Assembly (NCBI GenBank): GCA_044440125.1
Contig: JBITAJ010000029.1
Span: 64,001 to 128,000, forward strand
Length of the DNA: 64,000 nt
Reading direction: 5' to 3'
Source of the DNA: Sedimentisphaeraceae bacterium JB056
Lineage (GTDB): Bacteria > Planctomycetota > Phycisphaerae > Sedimentisphaerales > Sedimentisphaeraceae
Part shown: in pieces, positions 18,775-29,256 of the stretch
How positions within the stretch are numbered: the first letter of the stretch is position 1
How the letters are laid out: each line of letters starts with the position of its first letter
Position numbers and translations under genes: made by a program
Notes under the pieces: model-generated
The model's input: the letters and a program-made list of their open reading frames with translations, nothing else
Told to the model about the DNA's origin: nothing
Database searches by the model: none

Positions 18775-19452
18775 TTATCCTTTGGGGAATGTAATTGGAA
18801 CACGCATACGGAATCGTACGGGCTGGCCGTTACGTTTTCCCGGTTCGAATTTCCACTGTTTTATCGCATTAAGAGCCGGTGTTACAAAAACCGGATCGGT
18901 TGATTTCTGTACTATCGGATTTACAACCTTTCCTTGCTTATCAACGACGAAGATGATATATACTTGTCCCGGAGCTTTTTTTCTCATTTGCTTGGTTATT
19001 CTTGGGCCCGGCTGATATATTGCTCTTGGCTGCTGGTCAAGATCTGCTATCGAGAATAAAGCATCAACATCAGTGCTTTCAGAAGCAACCGTTTTGAGAT
19101 TGACGGTGAAATCTCCACCACCCCACCCTTCACTGAATCCGGGGTTGAGAGCAAGTTCGAGCTGGTCGAGTCCCAGGGGCGGGGCTTCTTCTGACAGCTC
19201 CGGTGGGGCTTCTTCAGGTTCCGGTTCTTCTTCGGGTTCTTCCTGAGGCGGAGGCGGCGGTGGGGGTACATTTGCCGTATCCACACTTTGTAATACCATA
19301 TCAGTTGTAATCGGCTTGTTTATAGTCTGCATCACAGGAAGCAGAATAAAGAATGCAAGCGTTAGTAATATTGCTCCCAGAAGAACAAGCAGAAAGTGGA
19401 AAAGCCGTCTTATAGGTGAAACTGTTCTACTCTTTGTCATGTTTGTTCTCAA
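18775..19452 (-). CDS. tonB: Energy transducer TonB
   Basis: N-terminal TM, Pro/Glu-rich linker, C-terminal AIKQWKFEPG...PITF. Confidence 0.9.
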   Translation of the reverse strand: MRTNMTKSRTVSPIRRLFHFLLVLLGAILLTLAFFILLPVMQTINKPITTDMVLQSVDTANVPPPPPPPQEEPEEEPEPEEAPPELSEEAPPLGLDQLELALNPGFSEGWGGGDFTVNLKTVASESTDVDALFSIADLDQQPRAIYQPGPRITKQMRKKAPGQVYIIFVVDKQGKVVNPIVQKSTDPVFVTPALNAIKQWKFEPGKRNGQPVRFRMRVPITFPKG

Positions 19453-19862
19453 CTCTTATTCTGTCTTGTGGCGATACTGACTTTGACTGCCCCGGCAAGC
19501 TTTGCTTCGTCAATAGCCCTTACAAGGAGGCCTGATTTGACAGCCTGATCTGCCTGTATTATCACCGGAATATCTTCTTTCTGGAGCATACGCTTGACCA
19601 GCGGCTGTATTCCGCTTAAGCCTATTTCACGACCGCCGTAAACGACTTCACCTTTTTCGGTAAGAGCTATAAGTACACTTGTTTTTTCAAGTCGTACAGA
19701 AGATGCTGCCTGCGGTTTGTCAACTTCAACTCCTGTTTCTTCAACGAATGTTGTTGTTACGATAAAGAATATAAGGAGTATGAATACACAGTCCATCAGC
19801 GGGGAGATATCAATCCCTGTTTCGCTGTTGTCATTAGATTGTCTTTGACGAAAACGTCCCAT
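19449..19862 (-). CDS. exbD: Biopolymer transport protein ExbD
   Basis: DISPLMDCVFILLIFFIVTT; VIIQAD. Confidence 0.92.
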   Translation of the reverse strand: MGRFRQRQSNDNSETGIDISPLMDCVFILLIFFIVTTTFVEETGVEVDKPQAASSVRLEKTSVLIALTEKGEVVYGGREIGLSGIQPLVKRMLQKEDIPVIIQADQAVKSGLLVRAIDEAKLAGAVKVSIATRQNKS

Positions 19863-19913
19863 TATTTCCTCTCATAAAAACTTTTATGATTTTGTTAAAA
19901 CGTCCTGTTATTA

Positions 19914-20561
19914 TCAGGCAGATTGTTTCTTTGCTTTTTTGTTGAATTTTTTGTATTGTTTTTGTGTACATACGGTTTCAAGGTGGGCAAGGAACGCTTT
20001 GTAGCGTTCGTTGTTTCTTGCCAGCATGTATTGGAAAAATAATCCGGGCAATGCGATCATAAGCCCAGTTTCTGTTGTCACAAGAGCTTCTGATATACCT
20101 TCGGCAACAAGTCCCATAGTCTTTTCACCGCCTGATCCTGAAGCAAGAGCACCAAAGGTAGAGAGCATACCTGTTACAGTACCAAGCAACCCGAGAAGCG
20201 GGGCAGCGCCTACGCATATCTTCATCACTTTGAGGTCTCTGTCGAAAGGTGCTATCTCTGTGGTTTGCAGTTCTTCAAAAAAATCTTTGGTGTCTTTGAG
20301 AGACTTGCTTCCAGATACAAAGTCAAGCAACTCGCCGATAGGGCCTTTTCTCTCTTTAGGATGGTTTATCCAATGACGCCATTTCTTTTCAGGTACGGCA
20401 AGGAATCCTTTTTCCATGAATTTCAGGTGTACATGGATTCCAAGAGAGAACATCACCATTGCTATTGTTGCAATCGCTATCATAGCCCAGCCGCCTGAAA
20501 GCCATATGTCTACGGCCTGCGACCACAGTGAATTAAGATATTCAACTACAGAAGTTACCAT
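19914..20561 (-). CDS. exbB: MotA/TolQ/ExbB proton channel protein
   Basis: APLLGLLGTVTGM; GISEALVTTETGL. Confidence 0.88.
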   Translation of the reverse strand: MVTSVVEYLNSLWSQAVDIWLSGGWAMIAIATIAMVMFSLGIHVHLKFMEKGFLAVPEKKWRHWINHPKERKGPIGELLDFVSGSKSLKDTKDFFEELQTTEIAPFDRDLKVMKICVGAAPLLGLLGTVTGMLSTFGALASGSGGEKTMGLVAEGISEALVTTETGLMIALPGLFFQYMLARNNERYKAFLAHLETVCTQKQYKKFNKKAKKQSA

Positions 20562-20566
20562 TGTTT

Positions 20567-22021
20567 TTAATCGCTTTCTGATTCAGCATCAGTCTTGCTG
20601 AAAGGTTTCTTGCTTATCTGGTTTACTACGGCTATCGCTGATTTTTCCATCTCATCTGTAATGCTCTGAGCTTTTCTTGAGAGGAATGCGTGGAGCAGAA
20701 GCGATGGTATGGCGACGATAAGACCGAACTCTGTTGTGATAAGAGCTTCTGATATACCGCCTGAAAGAGTCTTGACATCACCGGAACCAAATACTGTAAT
20801 AAGCTTAAAGGTATTGATGATACCTGTTACCGTACCGAGCAGTCCGAGAAGCGGTGCTGATGCAGCACTGATTGCTACAAACGGAAGCATCTTCTGGAGG
20901 TTGAGTTTTGTAGCGAGCAGTTTCTCATACATAATCTCTTCAATAAGCTCTGTAGGCTCTTTGATATGTTCTATAGCTGCTCCGAGCATTTTGCCGAATG
21001 GACCACTGATTGATTTGGCTGTTTTCTTTGCAGCTTTTTGATCGTGGTCTGCAAGATTATTAAGAAGTGCGGCAATCTGCTTGTTGCTTGGTTTACGTAT
21101 GAATCCAAGTGAAATCCATTTGATTATTGCGACAAGCAATGCGGCTGCTGCCATGCCAAGTATCGGATACATTACAGGTCCGCCTTTCTGGATATGTTCC
21201 AGAAGAGTTTGCTTTGTTGCTTCTATTACATGAGCATTTCCAAGTGTTGGATCGAAAGGAAGGTTTCCTTTGCCGTTTTGGATTACTTCTTTTGCCGCTT
21301 GTGTATCCATTGGCTCGGAGTATGCTACGATTGCCGGTTCGAGTGAACCAATTTTCTGCTCAATAGTTCCAACTTGCTTCTCATCCTCCGATTTGAATAT
21401 CGCAGCAGGTCCAAGAAGTACAAACGTGCCGTCTTTGACAATTCCGCTTGAATCAACAGCTTTGCCTTCAAAACGATGACCGCTTAGGAGGTTATCGAGC
21501 CTGTCGAGAGATGTTGAGATAAGAGCGGCTTGTGCTTCGTAAATTTGCTGCTCAGAGAGATTACTGTTTTCAGGCGCAAGCTTAGCTTCTTCGATAGAAT
21601 CGCTGTAAAGCTGAATCTCTGCAATGTGAAGTCTTGATTCGAAGTTTCTACCATATTCACTGAGAAGGTTCGAGAGGTATGTTGATTCTTCTTTACGCGA
21701 TTTGATCTCGTTACGCAGGTTGTTGAGGTCAAGAGTACGGCTGTCAAGAAGTCGTACATTCTGCTGGTATTCATTTCTTACCTGAATAAGCTTTGTTTCA
21801 AGGTTGGTAAGTTTTTTGTTCAGTGGAACTTTCTGATCGATAGCCTTCTGACGAAGTTCGCTGAGTTCCTTCAAGCTTGCATCCAGTTTGTTCTGAACAG
21901 AGTTTGCAGCCTGAATAAATGTTACATCCTGATTTTGTGTTTCGTCCTGCGCCGCCATAGTTAGTGAAGAGGCAAGGACTATTGCAATTATTAATATGTT
22001 TTTTATCTTTGTCATGACCAC
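20567..22021 (-). CDS. Long ExbB-like protein with periplasmic coiled coil (TtpC-like)
   Basis: Signal peptide, coiled coil, FDPTLG, then ExbB motifs (APLLGLLGTVTGII, GISEALITTEFGL). Confidence 0.85.
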   Translation of the reverse strand: MVMTKIKNILIIAIVLASSLTMAAQDETQNQDVTFIQAANSVQNKLDASLKELSELRQKAIDQKVPLNKKLTNLETKLIQVRNEYQQNVRLLDSRTLDLNNLRNEIKSRKEESTYLSNLLSEYGRNFESRLHIAEIQLYSDSIEEAKLAPENSNLSEQQIYEAQAALISTSLDRLDNLLSGHRFEGKAVDSSGIVKDGTFVLLGPAAIFKSEDEKQVGTIEQKIGSLEPAIVAYSEPMDTQAAKEVIQNGKGNLPFDPTLGNAHVIEATKQTLLEHIQKGGPVMYPILGMAAAALLVAIIKWISLGFIRKPSNKQIAALLNNLADHDQKAAKKTAKSISGPFGKMLGAAIEHIKEPTELIEEIMYEKLLATKLNLQKMLPFVAISAASAPLLGLLGTVTGIINTFKLITVFGSGDVKTLSGGISEALITTEFGLIVAIPSLLLHAFLSRKAQSITDEMEKSAIAVVNQISKKPFSKTDAESESD

Positions 22022-22027
22022 ATCCGA

Positions 22028-22843
22028 TTATTTTACTTCAACAGGTAATTTAACAAATGACGCGACTTTTTCATTTTTCAATATAGCGATTGCATCTGAA
22101 ATTTGAGCTGCGGCGGCATTATCAGCTTTCCATATCCAGCCGTCTGGGCCTGAGAAACCTATGCCCGCAACATTCTCGCCGGTACTAACATAGAAACCCT
22201 GGCTTATTCCGATATATAGAGATGCTACTTCAACGCTGCTGCCGTCTTCAAGCTCGCGGAGTTCACTTGTGACGGTTATCTCTCTATTGAATTTGTCGAT
22301 TTCATTCAATATGCCGACAACGTTCTGGAATCTTTCTGAAACAGACAGCTCTGTTTTGGTTATGTCTTCAGGCAGTCTCTGGCTTAAAGGCTTGACTCTT
22401 TCCCTTATTGGATTTGGAAGTTTCTTCAGGATGTCTTTTGTTCTGTTTTCCATAGCAGTGATTACATCGACAAGAGAAGAAGATGCTTCTTTGAGCTTGT
22501 TATTCTCTTCAATCATTTCATTTCTTTTCTTGTCTGCCTCAGCAATGCTATTCTTCGCATCATCTATCTTGCTTTGCAGTGATTCGATTTCTCTGCTTAC
22601 AAGTTCTATTCTGTCGTTCAGCGTTTGTGTTGAGGTTTGGAGGTCTGCCTTTTCCTTTGAGATTATTTGCTGTGTTTCAACCCATTTCTCAAGAACCGAG
22701 CGAGTGTTCTTTATGTTTCCGAAAGCATCGTCAGCTGATACTGCCGTACAGAATACTGCAAAGATCACACAAACCCCGAGAGCTTTTCTGCATTGGCGGT
22801 TTATGTATGAAAGCTTACGGTAAATTTCCGCTTTGATTTCCAT
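22028..22843 (-). CDS. DUF3450 family protein (TtpB-like)
   Basis: Secreted coiled-coil protein directly upstream of the TtpC-like gene; SERFQ..V.IL..E and LYIG motifs. Confidence 0.7.
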   Translation of the reverse strand: MEIKAEIYRKLSYINRQCRKALGVCVIFAVFCTAVSADDAFGNIKNTRSVLEKWVETQQIISKEKADLQTSTQTLNDRIELVSREIESLQSKIDDAKNSIAEADKKRNEMIEENNKLKEASSSLVDVITAMENRTKDILKKLPNPIRERVKPLSQRLPEDITKTELSVSERFQNVVGILNEIDKFNREITVTSELRELEDGSSVEVASLYIGISQGFYVSTGENVAGIGFSGPDGWIWKADNAAAAQISDAIAILKNEKVASFVKLPVEVK

Positions 22844-23036
22844 GTTTAAGTAACCCTTTAAATCTGATAAAATTATCTTTTAATCTTTCGATTATCTGTA
22901 TTTGATTTCTAAAAAAACTAACACCTTAAAAATACCTCTCGAGTGTTAGCTTGTTATTAGTCTTAAATTTTAGTAATGTTAAATTCTAATTTAGCACTGG
23001 TGTAACATTAACGTTGTTCTCACATTGTGTATCGGC

Positions 23037-26000
23037 TTAGAATGTTGCACTGAAGCTTATAGAAAATTCCATCCCCTTTGTGTATGATTCTTTAAGAGTG
23101 TCTTGGCCGTCTCCATATATTGTGTCGATTTCAGGGTTAAGAAGATTCTTCGCCTGAAACTTCATGTTCCATATGTCGCCAAGTTTCTGAGATAAGCTGA
23201 AGTTGAGTGTGCCGTATTCTTTTTCATAAACATCAGCGAGTGGGTTACCGCCTTTTTGACCGGCTCCCTGAACGAGCGTGTCACCTCTGAAAGTATAGAA
23301 TAAACCGAGCGAAGTGTCTGTCTCTTCGATGTCCCATGTTACAAAGACGTTGTACAGCATTTCAGGAGTATTGGTCATCTCACGTGTCTCTTTGGCTTTG
23401 CCATTTGCCGCAAGTACATCATAAATACCATCGTGCGGAATCGTAACCTCTGAATCAATGAAGGTAGCATTTGTTCCAAATCCTACGCCATTGAGATGGT
23501 CGGAAAAAATACCAAGCTGCTGTCTGTATTCCAATTCAAAGCCGGTCAGCTCACCTTCGTCATAGTTGACAGGAGTAGTGACAACTTCACCAGTACTTGC
23601 ATTAATCATCTGTACATACTCGATAGTGTTTTTTATGTCTTTGCGGAAATATGATACAGAAATCAAGCCGTCATCAAAAGGTGTCCAGTCAAACCTCAGG
23701 TCGTAGTTTTTCAACGCACTCATCTCCAAATCAGGATTACCTGCAAAAATTGGACCGCCTGAATATTCTCTTTGTAAAATCGGAGAAAGTTCTTTGAATG
23801 TCTGTCTTGCGGTTGTTTCTGTATAAGAACCTTTAAAGATGATATCGTCAAAAGGCTTATATTCAAAACTTATAGAAGGCAGGATGTCGTCCTGTGAAAA
23901 ATCGGCATCTGCTTCCGGCGTGTATTCCAGCATGTTTACAGTACCTGAATACATATTGTTTTGATTCTTCAGCATATAGGCAACTGTTGAGTCCTCTGAA
24001 TGAGGCTTGTTTACAGTGCTTATATCGGTTGATTCATATCTGAAACCGCCAATCAAACTTAACTCTGAGGTGATCGGCAGGTCAAGCATATAGTACCATG
24101 CAAATATTTCCTGTTCGCCGTCATAATCGACATCTGGGTCGACCCTTGGTTGGCCTGGTATTTCGCCTGGGTTATTTTCTATTACATCATCAATATCAGG
24201 GTTGGTTAAATCACTGCCGCTTCCCCATGTCAAAGAATTATTACTGTTCGACAGTGTTTCCTGTCGATATTTTCTTTCTACTGAATCGTTGAATACACCA
24301 AGTTTCAAATACCCCTCATCGCCTGACCACTGCGTAAATGGTTGATTGAAGTTGAATGAGTACTGATCACTTTGTTCCTCAATCTCTTTCCATATTCTCT
24401 GGAAGTTACCTAAGGTTGCCTGTAGGTCAGGCTTTGCCCATGTAGAGTCAATTGGCTCATCGCTTGTTATTGGACTTACAGGGTAAGTGGATTCATCTCC
24501 ATAGACGATGTCAGGATAAGCTCCTTGATTCCACCAGTAATCCACCGGCAGGGCTGGCTGACCGCCTTCTATATCTCTTCCTGCAGCATACCACTCAGCG
24601 TCGAACATGGTTTTATATTCGTTTGTTCTTGATGTGTTTTTTGAGAGTGTCCAGTCAAACGTAGGGGCATTTAAGGTAATCGAGTCTCCGATTTCTGTGT
24701 CTTCGGTGAAGAACTCCTGCAGTTTATGCTCACCATTGAGCTGGATTGTTTCGGTCATACGTTCTGTGTATTTGAAAGTCTGGTTGTAACGATATGGTGC
24801 AAAATCTCTCTCATCCGGTGAGTTGCCCGGATGGTATGGGTCGTTAATATCATAATCGGGATGGCGGTATAATTTGCCTCTGGTATCAGTTCCAACTATT
24901 ACTGTGTCTTCTGCCATTTCGGTACGAAGATATGTCAGACTCAGAGAATTATTCTCGTTTTCGATACCGAATATACCCATTGCTCCCCACTGTACGCTTT
25001 CAGAGGCTTTAGTTACGTCAAACAGACTTGTCGTGAATTCATTGTCAGTATTTTCAAGGTCTGTCTCTCCACCTGTATACGGCAATATCTGATCGTCTAC
25101 AATCCAGTATTTATCATTTATGCCATCGTCATAATAAGAGCTGTCGTTTTTGTGATAAAAGCTTCCAAATGCACCAACGGTAAAATCGTCGTACTCTTTT
25201 CTGCCGCCGCCTGAAACAGAAAAATCATAATCAAATGGTTGGTCACCTTCTATTACATTGGTAAAGGGATCACTGTAGCTTCCTCCTGACAGGGAGGTGC
25301 TTCTGACGCTTTCGGCGTCACCATTATCTGAACGTCCCCAGAAGTCTACACCGCCGCCATCATAGGTGATCCAGTCGCTGTCTTTGAGATTCGTGTTTAC
25401 TCCTGTACCAAAGTTAATCTTGAGTGTTGTATCGACAGGTATTTTTTTTAGTACAACATTAACTGCACCGCCGGAAGCATCACCCTGCTGATCTGGTGTG
25501 AAAGTTTTGGTTACTTGCAGGCTTTCGATGATTGCAGAAGGGAACTGGTCAAGCTGTACCGCTCGCTTATCACTATCAGAGGTCGGCAGTCTTACGCCGT
25601 TCATCTGTGAATTAACATATCTGTCGGGAAGTCCGCGCACAACAGCATATTTACCGTCTTGAACAGTTGTTCCTGCTACAAGTTTAAGGGCGCTTGCCGC
25701 ATCGCTTGCTCCTGCCTGACTCATCAGGTCTGAGCTTATTGAGTCCATCAGTGCAGGTGCTTCCATTCGAAGTTCCAGTAGGGCGGCTTCACTGCCGCTG
25801 CCGAACTGAATATCCTGAACGATGAATTCTTCCATTTCGGTAAATTCTCCCGAAAGATAAATGCTCATATCTTTCATCGCTCCGCCGGAAATCACAACGT
25901 CAGTTTTAATTTGACGTGTATAGCCATCCTTTGAAACTATTATGGTGTAGGTGCCGGGCTTAACTTCATCAAAAATGAAGTTGCCTTCATCTGTAGTTTC

Positions 26001-26153
26001 TGCCTTTTGCCCTGTTTCAGCTATAAGCACCTGCGCTTTAGGCAGAGATGCGTCAAAATCTTTATCACGTACCATTCCGCGAAGTCCGCCTAATTGCTCG
26101 GCATATAGAGATACGCAGAAGAAGCACGACAAAATTAAAATTTTAATTTTCAT
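23037..26153 (-). CDS. TonB-dependent receptor with N-terminal carboxypeptidase-regulatory-like domain
   Basis: Plug motif VVRGLPDRY...KTFTPD..GD.SGG.VN; barrel motifs GNPDL and NLLNP; C-terminal Phe. Confidence 0.92.
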   Translation of the reverse strand: MKIKILILSCFFCVSLYAEQLGGLRGMVRDKDFDASLPKAQVLIAETGQKAETTDEGNFIFDEVKPGTYTIIVSKDGYTRQIKTDVVISGGAMKDMSIYLSGEFTEMEEFIVQDIQFGSGSEAALLELRMEAPALMDSISSDLMSQAGASDAASALKLVAGTTVQDGKYAVVRGLPDRYVNSQMNGVRLPTSDSDKRAVQLDQFPSAIIESLQVTKTFTPDQQGDASGGAVNVVLKKIPVDTTLKINFGTGVNTNLKDSDWITYDGGGVDFWGRSDNGDAESVRSTSLSGGSYSDPFTNVIEGDQPFDYDFSVSGGGRKEYDDFTVGAFGSFYHKNDSSYYDDGINDKYWIVDDQILPYTGGETDLENTDNEFTTSLFDVTKASESVQWGAMGIFGIENENNSLSLTYLRTEMAEDTVIVGTDTRGKLYRHPDYDINDPYHPGNSPDERDFAPYRYNQTFKYTERMTETIQLNGEHKLQEFFTEDTEIGDSITLNAPTFDWTLSKNTSRTNEYKTMFDAEWYAAGRDIEGGQPALPVDYWWNQGAYPDIVYGDESTYPVSPITSDEPIDSTWAKPDLQATLGNFQRIWKEIEEQSDQYSFNFNQPFTQWSGDEGYLKLGVFNDSVERKYRQETLSNSNNSLTWGSGSDLTNPDIDDVIENNPGEIPGQPRVDPDVDYDGEQEIFAWYYMLDLPITSELSLIGGFRYESTDISTVNKPHSEDSTVAYMLKNQNNMYSGTVNMLEYTPEADADFSQDDILPSISFEYKPFDDIIFKGSYTETTARQTFKELSPILQREYSGGPIFAGNPDLEMSALKNYDLRFDWTPFDDGLISVSYFRKDIKNTIEYVQMINASTGEVVTTPVNYDEGELTGFELEYRQQLGIFSDHLNGVGFGTNATFIDSEVTIPHDGIYDVLAANGKAKETREMTNTPEMLYNVFVTWDIEETDTSLGLFYTFRGDTLVQGAGQKGGNPLADVYEKEYGTLNFSLSQKLGDIWNMKFQAKNLLNPEIDTIYGDGQDTLKESYTKGMEFSISFSATF

Positions 26154-26207
26154 ATTTATAGATTTCCGTTACTTTAGAGTTTTTAATTTTGAGACTCAAA
26201 TATCATA

Positions 26208-27464
26208 TTATTCTGTTGCAAGTTCTTTGGTAATATCTCTGATTATTTTGTTAAGCTCATCATCAGGTTTGACTTTATTGGTCGCCATTGAGCAGCAGAG
26301 ATTGGCGAAATCTTCAGCGCGGGGTCTGAGGTTTTTGTTTACCATTCCCTCTTTCGCTGCCATTTTGTATACTTCGAGTGCCTTTGCTTTATTGCCTATT
26401 GTGTAGTAACCTTCCGCTACTTTACAGAGTGCTTCACTGCGATACATATTCACAATCGTTTCTCTGTTTTTCTCGAAAGCTGCGACCTCTTTTTCAAGCT
26501 CTGCAACTGCAATGTCTTTTCTTCCTGCCTTGTAATATAATTTAGCAACTTTTGCTGTCAGAGGCATCCTTGTATCGATTCGTCCTCTCGACCAATTTTC
26601 ATCATCTACATATGACTTGGCTGTTTCGAGATTTTTTAAGGCAGTTTCAATATCATTGTTTTTAATGGATGATTCGATCAGACGTTCAAGAATATCGATT
26701 CGCAGAAAATATGGTGTTCTGCTCCATCCATTCTTGATTTTGTTTTCAATCAAATTTCGTTTTTCTTTATCTTCATAGAAATTATCATATAGATATGAAT
26801 AAGCTTTAAGAGCATTGTTTACAGAGTCAAAGACACCGGCTTTAATAATTTTGTCAAGAGCTTCACATTGTTTGTCAAAATCATCAGTATCGCATAGCTT
26901 AGCTTCAATCAAAGCAACCTTGCCGGCTTCTGATACTACTAAGCTTTCTTCAAAACCATCTTCTCTGCTGTCTTTTCCAAGTAAAAGTTCCGCCTGTGTT
27001 ATGTTTACTTTTATCCGATCACTTCTCCACTCTTCGAGAGTCTTGGTTTCTAATCCTTGCTTAGCTAATTTGAGATATTTTTCTGCTGCTTCAATATTAT
27101 TGTGTTCGGCGTATAGTTTGGCTATTTGAGCATAGCACAATTCTTTTCGCCAATTCATGATTTCTTTAGCAGAGTCTGATGCTTTTTGCAACTGCTTAAG
27201 TTCTAACATTGCTTCAATAGTATATTGCTGAACTTTGCAGCGGGTTTTGATATGAGGTTTGACGGGTATAAGAGAGGCAGTGTCAAATGCAATATCCAAT
27301 AGCTCTTCCTGGAAAGATTCTATACTTGCATTTGCTTCCGGTAATTTGGTGTTTTCTATTTTGTTTTCAATATTGCAGTCTTCTGCCGATAAGCAAATGT
27401 TAACACAAAGGCATAACAAAAATGCTGATAAGTATTTTTTAATTTTAACCATACTAATATCCAT
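26208..27464 (-). CDS. Secreted alpha-helical (TPR-like) hypothetical protein
   Basis: 418-aa ORF with signal peptide and helical repeats, co-oriented in the Ton locus. Confidence 0.65.
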   Translation of the reverse strand: MDISMVKIKKYLSAFLLCLCVNICLSAEDCNIENKIENTKLPEANASIESFQEELLDIAFDTASLIPVKPHIKTRCKVQQYTIEAMLELKQLQKASDSAKEIMNWRKELCYAQIAKLYAEHNNIEAAEKYLKLAKQGLETKTLEEWRSDRIKVNITQAELLLGKDSREDGFEESLVVSEAGKVALIEAKLCDTDDFDKQCEALDKIIKAGVFDSVNNALKAYSYLYDNFYEDKEKRNLIENKIKNGWSRTPYFLRIDILERLIESSIKNNDIETALKNLETAKSYVDDENWSRGRIDTRMPLTAKVAKLYYKAGRKDIAVAELEKEVAAFEKNRETIVNMYRSEALCKVAEGYYTIGNKAKALEVYKMAAKEGMVNKNLRPRAEDFANLCCSMATNKVKPDDELNKIIRDITKELATE

Positions 27465-27590
27465 TCATAAAATAATAGGAGAAATACAGGTTACTAATTT
27501 TAGGTAATTGTATAAGCAGAATATTAGTGGAGTGTTTGGGCGGAGTTAAAAGGATGTAAGCGAGTTTATGATGTACTCATATCCTTGTTT

Positions 27591-27631
27591 AAAAAGAAAA
27601 AGCGGCGACTGTCATAGATAGTCGCCGCTTT
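27591..27631 (-). terminator. Intrinsic terminator after the 530-aa secreted protein
   Basis: Stem AAAGCGGCGACT/AGTCGCCGCTTT with a minus-strand T tract. Confidence 0.8.
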
Positions 27632-27663
27632 AATTTCTTGACTTAGGTCAGTAATATTTAATC

Positions 27664-29256
27664 TTACTGAAGCCAGTTGTTAGCCATGATAGCAAGGTCG
27701 ATATCGTTTACGATACCGTCAGCGTTCAAGTCTGAATCACCTTCGTAATCAGTAGTCATACCGTAAGCAGATACGGCAGTCCAACCTGCGAGCCAGTTTT
27801 CGTCAGCACTGAAAGCGCCACGATATTTTGCAGGTGTGAAGAAGCCGGCTTTAGCAGCGTCAACACTTGTTGCTGCTTCGTATGCTGCACGTGGGTCGAT
27901 GTATGTAACACGCTTCATTGTTTTGCCGCCCTTTGTTACCGCTGCTGCACGAGTAAGAGCTTTGATTGGCATTCCTGATGGAACAGGAACGTTGTTATTA
28001 GCAGGATTGTAAACTCCTACCGGACCAGCCTGGTCATCAGCATCACCAGAAAGGTTATAGAATACACTGTCTTTGATCTCTGCAAGCTTACCTGCAGGAT
28101 CCTGTGCTCTATACATTACTGCCGGATCATTGAAGTTACCGGCTGTGTAAACACCGGCGTTTACTGTAGAGTAAGTGTCGGCATCAGTTGTCCATGTATC
28201 AGCCCATGAGAGAGTGCCATTGTAGCCATAACCGCTTGCACCGTCACCATCATCACCATCAAAACGTACGAGTTCTTCACCGATATCCATGAATACACAG
28301 TTACGGTACTGTACACGTGCGTTATCACGCCATGTTGTAGCACCGTCACCGGCATCTGGCTGACCAACTACTGTGAAGTTGTAGATAGCGGCTGTTGTTA
28401 CAGGCTGAGCATCTGAATCTTCAGCACCGTCGATTTCCAGACAGTTATCACCAACACCAGAACCCTGACCTGCATCAGTACTGTAACCCTGAACGATAAG
28501 ACCGAACTGAGCTTGACCTCTCCAACCTTCATCAACGTCAAAACTGTCATCACCGATGTTCCAGATGTTTACGTACTTGAGACAAACTGTACCACCCCAG
28601 ATTTCGATACCATCATCAACGTTGTTCATGATTTCGATGTGGTTGATTTCTGTCTCGCGGCCGATACCACCAAGAGAAAGACCGTTGAGCTCGTTAGCCT
28701 GACCAATTACCTTACCGCCATAACGTATTGAAAGGTAGCTGATAGAACCACTGTCATCGTTGTCATCGTTACCGCCGTACATAGCGTTCACTGCATCTGT
28801 AAGACCTTCCATCTGCTTCTCATTGAGACCGGTAGGGGTCTTTGTGTTGCTTCCAACCTGAGCACCTTCGTAATGAGATGCACTGATAAGAGCGTTACCC
28901 ATTATAGTAAGGTTACCCCATTCGTTACAACCTTCATGCCACTCAGTGAGTGTATCAAGTGAAGATGTCATGATAACAGGCTCTTTAGCTGTACCGTTAA
29001 CGAAGATTTGAGCACCACGGCATACAGCCAGTGAACCTTCGTTACCGAAAGTTGTCTGTACCAGTGTACCCGGCTCGATAGTCAGTGATGCACCTGGAAG
29101 CACATAGATCTGGCCGTCAAGATCGTAAACGTTGTCACTTGTCCATACTGTGTCAGTGTCAATGTCGGCACTGACAACTACATCCGCTGCCTTAGTCACT
29201 GTAGTGAGCATCAGGCATACTGTTGCCATCAACAGAAAAAACTTAGAGAATTTCAT
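27664..29256 (-). CDS. Secreted beta-helix-type protein with dockerin-like tail, associated with the TonB receptor
   Basis: Signal peptide; GASLTIEPGT, DDSGSISYLSIRYGG, NELNGLSLGGIG, DDGIEIWGG; C-terminal DLNADGIVNDIDLAIMANNWLQ. Confidence 0.75.
   Translation of the reverse strand: MKFSKFFLLMATVCLMLTTVTKAADVVVSADIDTDTVWTSDNVYDLDGQIYVLPGASLTIEPGTLVQTTFGNEGSLAVCRGAQIFVNGTAKEPVIMTSSLDTLTEWHEGCNEWGNLTIMGNALISASHYEGAQVGSNTKTPTGLNEKQMEGLTDAVNAMYGGNDDNDDSGSISYLSIRYGGKVIGQANELNGLSLGGIGRETEINHIEIMNNVDDGIEIWGGTVCLKYVNIWNIGDDSFDVDEGWRGQAQFGLIVQGYSTDAGQGSGVGDNCLEIDGAEDSDAQPVTTAAIYNFTVVGQPDAGDGATTWRDNARVQYRNCVFMDIGEELVRFDGDDGDGASGYGYNGTLSWADTWTTDADTYSTVNAGVYTAGNFNDPAVMYRAQDPAGKLAEIKDSVFYNLSGDADDQAGPVGVYNPANNNVPVPSGMPIKALTRAAAVTKGGKTMKRVTYIDPRAAYEAATSVDAAKAGFFTPAKYRGAFSADENWLAGWTAVSAYGMTTDYEGDSDLNADGIVNDIDLAIMANNWLQ

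Noticed and set aside
22940..23035. Pho-box-like TGTTA repeats at 11-bp multiples (a similar weak pattern lies near 29425-29455)
   Set aside because: Matches are degenerate in very AT-rich DNA and cannot be distinguished from chance without a motif model.
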